Source of the DNA: Candidatus Poribacteria bacterium
GTDB lineage: Bacteria; Poribacteria; WGA-4E; UBA9662
DNA: 48,077 nucleotides
Assembly: GCA_036339735.1 (NCBI GenBank)
Contig: JAYZAL010000027.1
Coordinates: forward strand, 1-48,077
Direction: 5' to 3'
Below, one piece after another: positions 11,401 through 19,305 of this stretch. The notes below the pieces were generated by a model. It saw only the letters and a list, made by a program, of their open reading frames with translations. It was not told where the DNA came from and ran no database searches. Position 1 is the stretch's first letter. The number at the start of each line of letters is the position of its first letter. The translations under genes were made by a program, and so were the position numbers.

Positions 11401-14009
11401 TTGTTGGCATAAGTCAAATACAGGTTTTGACCAGCCGACATCCATCTCAAGAGGAGGTCGATCTGTCGTCCATTGGTCGAAATTGACTGTACCATCTGAG
11501 CTGGCTCGGCCACGATAAAACCAGGGCTGTTGGCATCATAAGATTGTGGAACTACCCAATCATCAGGTAGTTGTAGCCGAATTTGTTCTCCATCCATTAT
11601 CCCTTCAGCGGTAAAAGTAAACACAAGTTTGTTAATGATTGTTTTAGCTGATATAACCTGTCCTAAAGAACTGCCATTAGTTGAGAAGGCCTCTACTGAC
11701 AATAAACCTGACCCTGCAGCAGCTGTGGTAGTATTAACTTGGATTCTTTCAACCTCGACAGAACGCCCAAATGGCTGATTTTCGGAAGATAGGCTAAAGG
11801 TAAAATGGTGCTTGCCCAAATAATTCGGTACTGCTAATTTGCTGTAATCGATGGTTAAGCTCTTATTTGGCCGTAGTTTTTCAATGTTTAATTCAACAGT
11901 TTGAGTTAAATCACTAGTCTCGGTTGGGTGTGTTATGGGAGTAACAATTCTGGCCGTTACATCTCTAGCAGGTGAAACCACCAAGGTTGTTGCTGATTCC
12001 GTTGATTCATCTAAATTAGGAATTGGCCAATCAGTTGGGATTTGTAAGTAGAGTTTGGCATTTTTTAAGTCTTCGCCAGCCTGATTGGTATAAGTGAATC
12101 TCAAGGATTGATCGGTTGTACCTGCTGGCACACTAGATTTGTCTACAGCAACTGATCCACTACCATCTAGAACCAATTGAAATGGAACCTCTATTTGCCT
12201 ATCCCCCATTGAAATTTCGAAATTACTTTGGCTTGGTCTATTATTGGTAGTAGCAGTATAAACAGCTTTGGTTACATTATCACTATTGGGTCTAGGTGGA
12301 TTAGCTACCAGAAAAATACTTTCTTTTTCTCCTGTGAGATTACTTTCATCAGAGAGTGAGGCAACCAAATCTTGACTAGCGGACGAAAAAACTATACTTT
12401 TACCATTGGGACTAATACGCGCTTGCCTAGCAATAATACCTTCATTTGTACCAGACTCAGATTGACTTACTAGCTGAGTGATGCCTGTTTGACGATCGTG
12501 AACAAAAACATTTAATAATTTTTGCTCGGCTGAGGTGGCTAAGTTACTGGCAGTGGACTCGAATACAATAAACCGACCATCTGAACTAACTGAGGGGTTA
12601 ATACAGTCTTGATTCGCTTGTATCTGGTCGGAAGCAACACTCACCCGATTGATTTGTCCTGTCGACACTTGGTAACAAAAAACATCCTTGTAGCCATTAG
12701 TGTCATTCGCTACTAGGTTGGTAGCCGACGACACAAATACAACCCAACTTCCATCTCCGCTGATAGCCGGGGATTCACTATCAGCATTGGCTAAGGTTTG
12801 ATCAGCTTGTTGGCTAACACAAATAGTACCTCCAATCTCTGTCCATAAATAGATCTGTTCAAAAGATGTTGTTAATGTTTTCCCCTCAATCAAATTCGTA
12901 GCTCCAGAAGCAAAGGCGACAGCAGTTCCACTATTACTAATACTAGGATTTCGGCTGTTCCCATTTCCAGCTATCTGACTACTATTTTGACTAATCCGAA
13001 CTAGTCCTACGCTGTCTGTCCAGAGGTAAATTTGATAAAAGCCAGTACCTTGATCCGGAATTGTATCCAAATCATCCGGTATCAGTGGTGGTGGTAATGG
13101 AACTAGGTTGTCTGCTTGGGACTGAAATGCAATGAATTTTCCATCGCTATTTACCACGGGTAACTCGCTGTCTGCATCCCCATAATTCTGGTTAGTGCCT
13201 TGACTAATTCGTTTGGTGGTACCACCATTTTGCCATAGATAAATCTGCTGAAAATTATTAGCTGGTTCTAAATCAGCAATCATTGGCCGGATATCGGTGG
13301 CATTAGAAACAAAAACAACATAGTTCCCGTCGGTGCTAATACGAGGCTGGATACTCTCAGAATTGGCCGAGCTACCGTTCTCCGCAACACTAACCCGTAT
13401 GATATTTATCGTTTCTGCACCATTTTGTACTTGTCGATTATAATGATAAATCTCGTTTTGGTTAATCCCAGAAGCAAGCTGGTCCAAATCAGTAGATTTC
13501 GAAGCAAAGGCTACGGAAACCGTTTCTGTTTCATTATTAGTAGAAATGTCTGGTAACAGAACATTATCCTCTGCTTGAATAAGTCGCTCAACTGAAATAA
13601 TACCTCGATAACGACCCAGTCTAAGCTGGCCTTCGTCGAAGTCGCTCTCGACAAGTTCAAGAGGTTGCCATTTTTCGATTTCTCCAGACTGGGTAGGCAC
13701 AAATAACTTGATGTTTTGGCTATCTATCGGTGACCAATTATCCGGCGGTTGGATGCTAATCCTCTGGTAACGAGTACCAGTAAGATGAATTGTGATCTTA
13801 ACATCAGTATTGACAGGAAAGACAGAATTACCTTGTATATTCTGAATCAACTGACCTGAGGGGAGTCGGTCTATATAAACCTGGGCATAATAGGTTCTAC
13901 CTAGAGCCGGAATAACTAATACTAGTACAAAATTACAGTAAATCAGAGTCAAGTAAGCAAGCTTAGGCAATAAACGGTACATACCTACCATACCAAGAAT
14001 AGAATCCAA
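2463..14009 (-). CDS. Giant secreted/surface multidomain protein: TolB/PD40-like beta-propeller, Ig-like repeats, FGE-sulfatase (SUMF1-like) domain, cadherin-like repeats, and three copies of an unassigned IPxG domain
   Basis: 3848-aa ORF with a hydrophobic N-terminus. P(S/A)ISxDGxxVxFxSxA repeats (~12310-13400); IPAGGFQMG...RLPTEAEWEYAARGG...YGFRCV (~7726-8456); PVNDPP-linked repeats (~3990-5560). The true start may be an ATG at 13991 or 13982. Confidence 0.9.
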   Translation of the reverse strand: MDSILGMVGMYRLLPKLAYLTLIYCNFVLVLVIPALGRTYYAQVYIDRLPSGQLIQNIQGNSVFPVNTDVKITIHLTGTRYQRISIQPPDNWSPIDSQNIKLFVPTQSGEIEKWQPLELVESDFDEGQLRLGRYRGIISVERLIQAEDNVLLPDISTNNETETVSVAFASKSTDLDQLASGINQNEIYHYNRQVQNGAETINIIRVSVAENGSSANSESIQPRISTDGNYVVFVSNATDIRPMIADLEPANNFQQIYLWQNGGTTKRISQGTNQNYGDADSELPVVNSDGKFIAFQSQADNLVPLPPPLIPDDLDTIPDQGTGFYQIYLWTDSVGLVRISQNSSQIAGNGNSRNPSISNSGTAVAFASGATNLIEGKTLTTSFEQIYLWTEIGGTICVSQQADQTLANADSESPAISGDGSWVVFVSSATNLVANDTNGYKDVFCYQVSTGQINRVSVASDQIQANQDCINPSVSSDGRFIVFESTASNLATSAEQKLLNVFVHDRQTGITQLVSQSESGTNEGIIARQARISPNGKSIVFSSASQDLVASLSDESNLTGEKESIFLVANPPRPNSDNVTKAVYTATTNNRPSQSNFEISMGDRQIEVPFQLVLDGSGSVAVDKSSVPAGTTDQSLRFTYTNQAGEDLKNAKLYLQIPTDWPIPNLDESTESATTLVVSPARDVTARIVTPITHPTETSDLTQTVELNIEKLRPNKSLTIDYSKLAVPNYLGKHHFTFSLSSENQPFGRSVEVERIQVNTTTAAAGSGLLSVEAFSTNGSSLGQVISAKTIINKLVFTFTAEGIMDGEQIRLQLPDDWVVPQSYDANSPGFIVAEPAQMVQSISTNGRQIDLLLRWMSAGQNLYLTYANNTISISDSKLIRLGSDFKLWTTGYQQIDQSSNFSESMLKTDLLTIQAEDGSGNLASLAKDANTDSTILKAGESGSLELTYTAMGQMNGGRIRLEQPGNWITPTADNFQVISEGLVGNWTFEIEDQENGEIIVPIEELAENQTIKLIFNPISIVPPVRPLTFNLSTQGSPSGQLISHPTNLSLDVEIDFESLDVEIPAGISLLHIPLQIRFINGTYQPLTKISDLYDVLENTIPGTTDVRFIVTQDLSSQNWKSYPHDLKSNLDLTADRGLLVVRPNTVEAISLKVEGRNWSSSNGVNSQVIILNQGWNLIGLSIKPDIMDSENLLNLPNSMSIPNDLISVVVAGDPWNKPDLNTVPVQGGAAFFIETLGANKLTVSGVDWPLTEGQVLLPYSIPQSSPILQIHGRLRDRSGRVITEMETSSLSYRLINPKLNPTPMAEEPLKIDRAGQFRLTWVHPHTLVRLNDQIERFLIQTSTNGSRVLTSQQLTITEDHLSTLVVNWDIALAIDSPSQAQVESIKLGGQQALLTIPPTAAVMQFKIARQAKISEIPNVGLKSILQQRLDIEHMLEVKITDSTGQDVTQLNEQPMEIQIPSEQADTIALASTDGSRLEFLPTTRVGSMLVSEARHLSYIMTLKNQKPETISQIDDLTGSPYDQDRIIDLSQYFTDPDFNVGDRLTFEVETAEPISYLYDGTALKWIDTDTINYQHGGIDHFDDLLMTSTFTFIDSGLTIKTKDQQDRISATVSPQTVNQTVEFNFEDGSSLTFMLDHQYLAGDLNGTLTLSRSGLFNNSMVDPNTGKAKLAVKSDGLLKLDFNEFVEGSTQLVVRAKDIQGENADEIHFRVELTFVRTVDWEPSSINLELNTSQDNIQEPVVKTVTLKNTGQTMLNIKDIYANWSGIDSIELSKYTQQLFSQSMDNRIAVNQSLDIPFKLTPGLDLHFSPLPLDGIKLIIEIDKLAPIIIPIALKLNQQPSATTGQAEITWPSDGARMVKIPAGGFQMGDHINNPVDQAVHPVEISSFYIDKYEVTNAQYRRFIEDTGHAEPSLWNTLNYANLNQNDQPVVGVSWRDAMAYAQWAGKRLPTEAEWEYAARGGLVGQKYLNGDDISRDEANYQNTEGRDIWTETAKVGQLDENGYGLYDMLGNVAEWCLDTYQEDFYHFSPLKNPVAGYYDIASAVNGYQQVNNDRIMVARGGSWNSTEDDLVISARISLPALTHSTEYGFRCVVRPTASYVSDQKVEIVATDMEQVGTTINAPKPSRLEMKHDSLAFSNRSQSYYQIGDWIPLVVSLLDTNDNGYQTVVPVSVQLTANNIVLGEPTNGKFIDSNGWEITTVTIPELKDSVQVFYQQTQPGSVQLNANSANWESGGLNLSVVSNIAEVVLVPSHGNIRANTTVSVVVITSNGRLDLTGQMQIAGYELPLVATHRGNYRCDFEVIEASAITDINANQLALDDGQYPITFKFDHLIGSLKHRDSTEILIKVDNQSPQILSAHLNGNRQRLNNGETSAVMVDAESGLTVEADIGSFVPLEGPHIIQLEAVGQSETYVGQFSIPIQTEIMSGQYPIKIWATDLAGNVSMITELPIEFDVNNYYEYDLVIPQGLSLIQLPQKVYSINDDEVSLDSLAALYLLLNTDQQLLALIHPESVSNKWQPYQFLGDINKPINPSQGIMIVRSPLAQPITLKVKAIRSEEVSPPINLSNGYNLIGRPSVDSQIDNYVESMEVGRISSGKLKEISTDWLVGVSSTPTGEAYIIRVNSSGIGRPTIELSIADVGLSFHQVTEPITLIDIPPVAEYSPASETCVLIVNGSLFLSSSTSAADLPNLNNHRFEMISQIISADGKTIRSKPIVNTLNLVKQDSKPVARRIFRFILFDFPVLAQNGDILDLRLVLDNRRIIDQKQIDLTNDHLDNFGLDIEEIQLSSDLFIEDSSVNTVGLDIKVGEDNLTTFPLYTVEMEEDQDKTVLLNQIFSDVDDLNGLTFRVESGSSTEIKATIQPATVNQSAKLLLKPVEANWHGNTKITLSATDSANQTVRAAINVSVKSINDPPISSLLLPDLILNEDQKQVIILRNQDGTSPYFSDADSLWKDKLEFSAEVNQKEEKGRQILDYKIRTVDQTDSGVETVLELTPNPNQHGTVDVTITATDQSAASQDQTFSVTIQPVNDKPEMKQAVSEVEINWNQSTTIDLSAIFIDPDVETDDDQLTFQVKAENSPVETELIDPELLRLTLVNPFDEESDQFELIIVASDKAGLTASHKLRIKKFTGNHPPTVIEEIEDLLLLEDGSAITFNLDEIFDDLDVKSVSANNTLSDNLRFTSEETNNLLVLTIMGNELKLVPRDDRNGITKVTVTALDMLNAKAETEFEVQIQPVNDPPNLVVDQLQLIEMDEDSSGYQFSIAGVFSDPDILTNGDQLRYEVSGNQLLHAVLEKEQLTLIPKTDQYGTTQLSLTAIDQHGSQLVVPIQVRVNPINDPPRVQPKIDLNQIPKRYVGEKIPLNIGLQDLLGENYNPAGQLMILFESDQPSGQFFNQVNQPITALEINQPRVSVSYTDTEPGLSLLTVRVRDLESTKDLFPASVFPIAFESPIIEVQIGGQRWQPGSVATPLKLNQEMEIVVIGVPELSGEISLRSRENATIASIPLAESTMNAGIYKGELIVNQLGDQSMDGMYSLIIELGQGQRIIDSAFSLDTQPPLLLPANVYINGIQQPSDPLVVVTNNQNSSMKVEFETEIPAEVWVDISALDKKLPRLKKMAKTGQFFSTQLAIDQNTTEPSGLKSVRIVAQDLAGNRSELEMMVEFSAYRTLEMIIPTGLSFINLPLEITKINDQPINIKTVGDLFSVIGSDKISHLITYHHRDKVWRSYLGSESRGRLADQPLDPKVGMLVLTRPNTDDIKLKLSGKQRPILPVDLKAGVNLIGIPYNSHFKTLEDLFELEGLKDLPISIVIGDRGRFRTISAADINTVEDRAVRVGQAFLILAPLSAVADEP

Positions 14010-14027
14010 TTCAGTTGAGACTACTAA

Positions 14028-15455
14028 CTAAGGCAAATCAAAACAATAAACGTGATCTCTACCACGTAGATACAAAAAACCGTTTGCTACCACTGGGGCC
14101 GACCAAGCGGGGTATTTTAAGCCAAAAGTCTCTGATAATTTGTGCGAGGCACACAGGTCAAAATGGCCCGAGTTGAGACGAATCAGTAATAGAGTGCCGT
14201 ATTCACCCAATGCGATAAGATAATCACTCACAGCGGTCAGAGACATCCGCTCGTCAACTCTTTTCGACCAAACTACCGTACCGTTGTTGATGTTTATACA
14301 ACGTAATTCAGCACCTGTAGTGTGCCGGCCTGAACATCCATATAAAAAACCATCATGATGAATCGCCGTATTCCAGTGTAACATTAAGGATTTCTTCCGC
14401 TGTTTTTTCAGGTCTTTCCAAACTACTTGGTATCCTTCATTAGAAACTCGTAACAATGCACTACCTATCTGATAAGATTCGCTAATAAATACTAATTTCG
14501 ATTCCGGTCTATGGTCAGAAATAATAACCGGGCTTGACGCATTAACTGACTCGAATTTTTCTGCACGCCAATCAAAATTGAAATTGACCACTCCCTTTAC
14601 TGGATCAAAACCAACTAATCCACTTCTCATAAAAGCAAACCCCCAAAACCTAGAACCAATCTGCGTTACCATTGGGCTTGCATAGCTAGATAGTTGGTCT
14701 GAAATTTGGTACACCAGATGACCACTATGCTTATCGAAAGCAATAATACCTGATCCATTTCCACTTAGATGATCCTGCACTGAGTAAATATCCGTAGAGG
14801 CTGTAGATTGAGAACCACCAACCGTTACAATTAATAGATCACCAACCAAGATCGGGGATGAACCAACTCCAAAAAAATTTTGAACGACATTGAATCGCTT
14901 AGTTGTATTGACGGACCAAACTAGTTGGCCCGAAGAAATATTCAAACAGTGTAACATTCCTTCAGCGCCAAAAATATAAACTCGATCTTGATCAACTGAC
15001 GGTGAACTACGAGGACCATTGTTATAGCCTAGTAAATCTTGGTAGTCAGTCAAGTAGTCAAATTCCCATATTTTTTCACCGATATCGGCTCTGTAGCAGA
15101 CTAGGCGAGCTAAATTATCTTCTCGATCAAACAGGAATAAGCGATTTTGAGAAACCGTGGGACTACCGTAACCTTCACCAGTTTTAGCCTGCCAAACTAA
15201 ATTTAAATCATCTTGCCAATTAGATGGATTCGTGGTCAATGACGACTTTCCATTTCGAGAAGGCCCTAGAAATTGGGGCCAGTCCTGATCTTGATTGGTT
15301 TGGTTCGTTACTTCATTCGCTAAAGTTGATATATGATGGGTCAAATAAATTAAGAATATAAGTAATTGTTTTAGCCAATTGTAGGACTTGAAAATTGAAA
15401 AGAGTTCTCGCCAAATCATACAACCTATTTTAGTTGTCTCTACCCTAAAAAACAA
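14028..15455 (-). CDS. PQQ-binding-like beta-propeller protein (BamB-like, Planctomycetes type)
   Basis: DWPQFLGPSRNG, GYGSP, GPRSSP, SYASP and C-terminal WSAPVVANGFLYLRG..VYCFDL. The start codon is uncertain. Confidence 0.9.
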   Translation of the reverse strand: MFFRVETTKIGCMIWRELFSIFKSYNWLKQLLIFLIYLTHHISTLANEVTNQTNQDQDWPQFLGPSRNGKSSLTTNPSNWQDDLNLVWQAKTGEGYGSPTVSQNRLFLFDREDNLARLVCYRADIGEKIWEFDYLTDYQDLLGYNNGPRSSPSVDQDRVYIFGAEGMLHCLNISSGQLVWSVNTTKRFNVVQNFFGVGSSPILVGDLLIVTVGGSQSTASTDIYSVQDHLSGNGSGIIAFDKHSGHLVYQISDQLSSYASPMVTQIGSRFWGFAFMRSGLVGFDPVKGVVNFNFDWRAEKFESVNASSPVIISDHRPESKLVFISESYQIGSALLRVSNEGYQVVWKDLKKQRKKSLMLHWNTAIHHDGFLYGCSGRHTTGAELRCININNGTVVWSKRVDERMSLTAVSDYLIALGEYGTLLLIRLNSGHFDLCASHKLSETFGLKYPAWSAPVVANGFLYLRGRDHVYCFDLP

Positions 15456-15530
15456 CTAGCTATGCAGCTATCAAACGCTGTGATATAATTAGCGGTCATA
15501 ATATGATTGGCTAATATTAAGGACTTAGAT

Positions 15531-16286
15531 ATGGCAAATATACCAATAGCACTAGAGTTATACTCGGTTCGTAACGAACTAGTAGAAGATACAGCTGGCA
15601 CCTTGAAAGCTGTAGCCGAAATGGGCTACGTAGGAGTTGAATTCGCAGGGCACCCAAACAATACTGCGCAAGAATTACGCACACTATTAGATGATTTGGG
15701 TATTGTTTGTTGTGGTTGGCACACACCAATTGATTTGGTTCAAGATGATAAATTATCTGAAACTATTGAGTTTAACCAGATTTTAGGAAATTCAAACATT
15801 ATCATCCCTGGAATACCTCAGCATATGAGGGAAACACGGGAAGACTGGCTAAAAATGGCTGAATTTTTTAATCAATTGGCTGAAAAATTAGCATCACATG
15901 ATATGGCAACTGGTTACCACAATCATCATATTGAGTTTGAAGAGTTAGGTGGCGAGCTACCTTGGGATACTTTTTTCGGTAATACTAACTCTGAAGTAAT
16001 AATGCAACTTGATACTGGTAATGCTTTTTACGGTGGAGCCGAATTATTATCGATTTTCGAGCGATATCCCAACCGGGCAATCACAGTTCATCTAAAACCC
16101 TATTCCAAAACTGATGGTTTTCGACCCCTGATCGGTGATGATGATGTACCTTGGTTAGATGTATTCAAGGCCTGTGAAACTAATGGTGGTACTGAATGGT
16201 ACATTGTTGAATATGAAAGTGACCTCTATGAGCCGTTAGAATCAGTTGAACGCTGCTTGAAAAATTTGAAAGCAATGGGAAAATAA
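15531..16286 (+). CDS. Sugar phosphate isomerase/epimerase (xylose isomerase-like TIM barrel)
   Basis: LYSVR, GVEFAG, GYHNH, QLDTG, VHLK, IVEYE. ATG 15531 is preceded by AAGGA and is preferred over the track's TTG 15507. An extended -10 TGATATAAT lies at 15481. Confidence 0.9.
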   Translation: MANIPIALELYSVRNELVEDTAGTLKAVAEMGYVGVEFAGHPNNTAQELRTLLDDLGIVCCGWHTPIDLVQDDKLSETIEFNQILGNSNIIIPGIPQHMRETREDWLKMAEFFNQLAEKLASHDMATGYHNHHIEFEELGGELPWDTFFGNTNSEVIMQLDTGNAFYGGAELLSIFERYPNRAITVHLKPYSKTDGFRPLIGDDDVPWLDVFKACETNGGTEWYIVEYESDLYEPLESVERCLKNLKAMGK

Positions 16287-16296
16287 AATCGAGAAT

Positions 16297-16923
16297 ATGC
16301 CACTGGATCAAGTAACTTTTGATAGTGTATTAGATCTTGTTTATCGGGAATGCAGAGAACAAGGAATACCTATGTTGGGTCCAGAGAAGGCTCAGTTTTT
16401 GGCCGAGTTAATACGATCAATTCGGCCAAACCTAGTTGTTGAGTGTGGGACAGCTATCGGCTACTCTGGATTGTGGATTGCGAGAGAACTAAAAAAAGCT
16501 AACAAAGGAAAGCTCATCACTATTGAGCTTAACCCTGATCGTGCTCAACAAGCAAGGTTAAATTTTGAACAGGCCGGTGTCGGAGATTTAGTTGAGCAGC
16601 GAGTAGGTAATGCTGAGTATATTTTAAGTACCCTAGACTCCAGCCTAACAGTTGATTTGATCCACTTTGATAACGAATTTGATAATTATTACTCGTGTTT
16701 TAGAGCAGTCGAGAGAAACCTAGTCGATGGCTCCATTTTATTGGCAGATAATGTTGGGATTGGCGCCGATCAGATGGAAGATTATCTCAATCTAGTACGT
16801 TCGGATTTTGTCTCTCGAACTGAGTGGTTTGAAATTGACTTGCCTTGGGTCAAACAAGATGCCATGGAACTTAGTACCTATCAATCGAGCTTGATCAAAA
16901 ATTCAGTTTCGCCAAACGATTAA
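16297..16923 (+). CDS. Class I SAM-dependent O-methyltransferase (Methyltransf_3 family)
   Basis: VVECGTAIGYSGLW SAM-binding motif, LITIE, LLADN. Confidence 0.9.
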   Translation: MPLDQVTFDSVLDLVYRECREQGIPMLGPEKAQFLAELIRSIRPNLVVECGTAIGYSGLWIARELKKANKGKLITIELNPDRAQQARLNFEQAGVGDLVEQRVGNAEYILSTLDSSLTVDLIHFDNEFDNYYSCFRAVERNLVDGSILLADNVGIGADQMEDYLNLVRSDFVSRTEWFEIDLPWVKQDAMELSTYQSSLIKNSVSPND

Positions 16924-17755
16924 TCAACTTAGCAGACAAAGAGCCATGTTGTACAACAACCCTATAGGATAACAACACAGATTCAGTCGCTGCTAATCGG
17001 ATCGGTTGATAGTAAGTTGGTGAGGGATGAAGCAACCCATAATCAGATCCATTCCTAATCCACCAAGTGGTTGGGTAATTCGGGTTTTTGGGTTGGTCAA
17101 TGATAGTAATACTATAGGTTTGACTATCATTGGTGTGTATCCCAGACCAACCGCACCAATGACTCGATTGGCCAAAAATTTGGTCAGCTTCAGTACGACC
17201 ATTAGCATCCAATAACTCAGCATGGGTAAGTCGATTGTCGAAGCGTATGGTCAGCCCACTGTAGAAACACCCACCTTGCCCTGGTTCTCCTCTTTGCAGG
17301 TCTAATATGACAGGGTGTTCTAGTGCCTTCAATTCAAAATCAACATCTATTAACATATAACAATCGGTTGGAGAATAAATCTTCATACTACGCTTCTCGA
17401 CCAAATGAGATTTATCCTGCCAATCTACCCACAAGTTTGTAGATGAGAAACCACATTGATCGTCAGAAACATACGGGCTGATCAGTTGTTGAACAACCCT
17501 GCCAAATCCAGTAGAGTCAGTGTTGGATGCAGGCTCTTCCCAGAAATTAACACCATTGACTTTTTTCCAGGCTAGCCACATTCCTTGATGATGGACGTGA
17601 TCACTTGGTCGATTAGCTGTCAGTGGTGGAGAATCAGGCAACTGCAACGGATGCCAAAAGCCACGATTTCCATCTTTGGGGTACTGATAGGACACTAGTA
17701 GTTTGTTATTCCATCTAAAATCAAGTTGATGACCCATCTGAATGGTAGAAAACAT
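16895..17755 (-). CDS. PmoA-like family (DUF6807) protein, not a true methane monooxygenase
   Basis: HPL...P.DHVHHQGMW...VNGVNFWEE and PKNPNYPTTWWIR. The start is moved to ATG 17755, which follows AAGGA; the longer track ORF overlaps the upstream gene. Confidence 0.75.
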   Translation of the reverse strand: MFSTIQMGHQLDFRWNNKLLVSYQYPKDGNRGFWHPLQLPDSPPLTANRPSDHVHHQGMWLAWKKVNGVNFWEEPASNTDSTGFGRVVQQLISPYVSDDQCGFSSTNLWVDWQDKSHLVEKRSMKIYSPTDCYMLIDVDFELKALEHPVILDLQRGEPGQGGCFYSGLTIRFDNRLTHAELLDANGRTEADQIFGQSSHWCGWSGIHTNDSQTYSITIIDQPKNPNYPTTWWIRNGSDYGLLHPSPTYYQPIRLAATESVLLSYRVVVQHGSLSAKLINRLAKLNF

Positions 17756-17774
17756 CGACATTCCTTTTGATAAT

Positions 17775-18581
17775 TTAAAGCTGCAAGACCTGGCCATCAA
17801 AGCTAAGCCCGATACTTTCAGGCAGGTCAAAGCCTTGTTCCAAGCATTGATCATTGAAGTAACGATGATCAATGCGGTGCATCATATGTATTAGGTAAGT
17901 ATTCTTGGGTTGAATTTTTTCCCATATAGCAATCGCATCCTGAACTGAGAAGTGTGTCGGGTGCCCTGGATTAAAGCTAAGAGCATCAATAATTAGTAGG
18001 TCAACACCTTTCAGGAGTTCTAGCGATTGTGGAGGCATTAATTTTACATCTGGAATATAACCAAAATTCTGTATTCGATAACCAAACGTATCAACTGTAC
18101 CATGTTGAACTGGAATTGGAACGATCTCCAGCCCAAATAAGTTGAATGGGCCAGTTACCGGATTAGGTACTAAATGGGCTACTCCTCCCCCCTGAAAAGT
18201 ATCTTTGCGAAACATATAATCAAAATTGCGTTGGAGAATGCTCATGGTCTCAGTTGGGCCATAGATCGGCATATCCATGTTTTGTTTTCGACAAGGCATA
18301 ACTAGGTCATTAGTACCACTGATGTGATCAGCATGACAATGAGTGTAAATAACTGCATCAATTCGATCTATCTGACAGCGATCGATTTGATCGATAAAGT
18401 TAGGTCCTACATCAAATTGGATATGCTTAATATTATCAGAAGTAGCAACCTTAATATGGATAGAAGTGCGGGATCTGTAGTTCTTAGAACCATAAACGCG
18501 AGCATCTTGACATGTATCACACTGGCATTTGTATTCTGGAATACCAGTTGACGTTCCAGACCCAAGGATCGTTATCTTCAC
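17775..18581 (-). CDS. MBL-fold metallo-hydrolase, PhnP/lipoyl-associated type
   Basis: ITILGSGTSTGIP..C.C..C, THCHADHISG (HxHxDH), HPTHFS, HMMH. Confidence 0.9.
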   Translation of the reverse strand: MKITILGSGTSTGIPEYKCQCDTCQDARVYGSKNYRSRTSIHIKVATSDNIKHIQFDVGPNFIDQIDRCQIDRIDAVIYTHCHADHISGTNDLVMPCRKQNMDMPIYGPTETMSILQRNFDYMFRKDTFQGGGVAHLVPNPVTGPFNLFGLEIVPIPVQHGTVDTFGYRIQNFGYIPDVKLMPPQSLELLKGVDLLIIDALSFNPGHPTHFSVQDAIAIWEKIQPKNTYLIHMMHRIDHRYFNDQCLEQGFDLPESIGLSFDGQVLQL

Positions 18582-18599
18582 AGTACAGTCCTCAGTTGA

Positions 18600-19286
18600 T
18601 TAATCATAACCTTGTTGGAAGCGTAGATCGCCAATTGCAGCCATTGCTTCTTGACCAATTAGCTTGTACTGTTGACGACGAGGCTCATTAGCAAAATGAG
18701 AGAAATCGAGGGGTTGACCGAACGAAACAGTAATTTTAGCTGGTTGAGGCAGAAAGCTATGTCTAGGTAGAAACCTTTCGGCACCGCCGATGAAAGCCGG
18801 GATTACTGGAACATCAACTTGTTTAACAATAAAACCTATACCATCCACTGGTTTTCCCAGTTGCCCATCAAGACTTCGTGTACCTTCTGGAAACAACATG
18901 ACCCGTTTTCCCGAATTTAGCAGACTGATAGTGCGTTTCAAAGCTCTCAGATCTGGGCTACCCCTCTTGACAGGATATCCATTGAAAAAATCTAACATGC
19001 TACCGATTACGGGCCAAGAAAGGGCATCGTCTCGCACCATAAAATGAAATTCTTGGTTGGCAGCTGTAGCAATTACGAAGGGATCAACAAAACTGACATG
19101 ATTGGCTAAAAGCAAAAAGCTACCGTGTTTTGGAAGCCTCTCACGACCAACAGATTCTAGCCCGCCGGTCAAATTGAACAACACACTAACAGCTCGGAAA
19201 CCACGGCGAAATCGATTACTATCTTGGCAGCTATGAACAAAATTGATAGTCGGTTCGCCCTGAATTGGACTTAAAAAGTTAGCCAT
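18600..19286 (-). CDS. plsC: 1-acyl-sn-glycerol-3-phosphate acyltransferase
   Basis: NHVSFVD (HX4D) and FPEGTRS motifs; lies downstream of cmk. Confidence 0.9.
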   Translation of the reverse strand: MANFLSPIQGEPTINFVHSCQDSNRFRRGFRAVSVLFNLTGGLESVGRERLPKHGSFLLLANHVSFVDPFVIATAANQEFHFMVRDDALSWPVIGSMLDFFNGYPVKRGSPDLRALKRTISLLNSGKRVMLFPEGTRSLDGQLGKPVDGIGFIVKQVDVPVIPAFIGGAERFLPRHSFLPQPAKITVSFGQPLDFSHFANEPRRQQYKLIGQEAMAAIGDLRFQQGYD

Positions 19287-19305
19287 AGAAAATCGATCAA
19301 AAAAT

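Noticed and set aside
15507-15542. Apparent MANI...MANI N-terminal duplication
   Set aside because: An artefact of the track choosing an upstream TTG. The DNA similarity is short and the SD supports ATG 15531.
16895-17755. Particulate methane monooxygenase
   Set aside because: A soluble beta-rich protein without TM helices or pmoC/pmoB neighbours. The family name is misleading.
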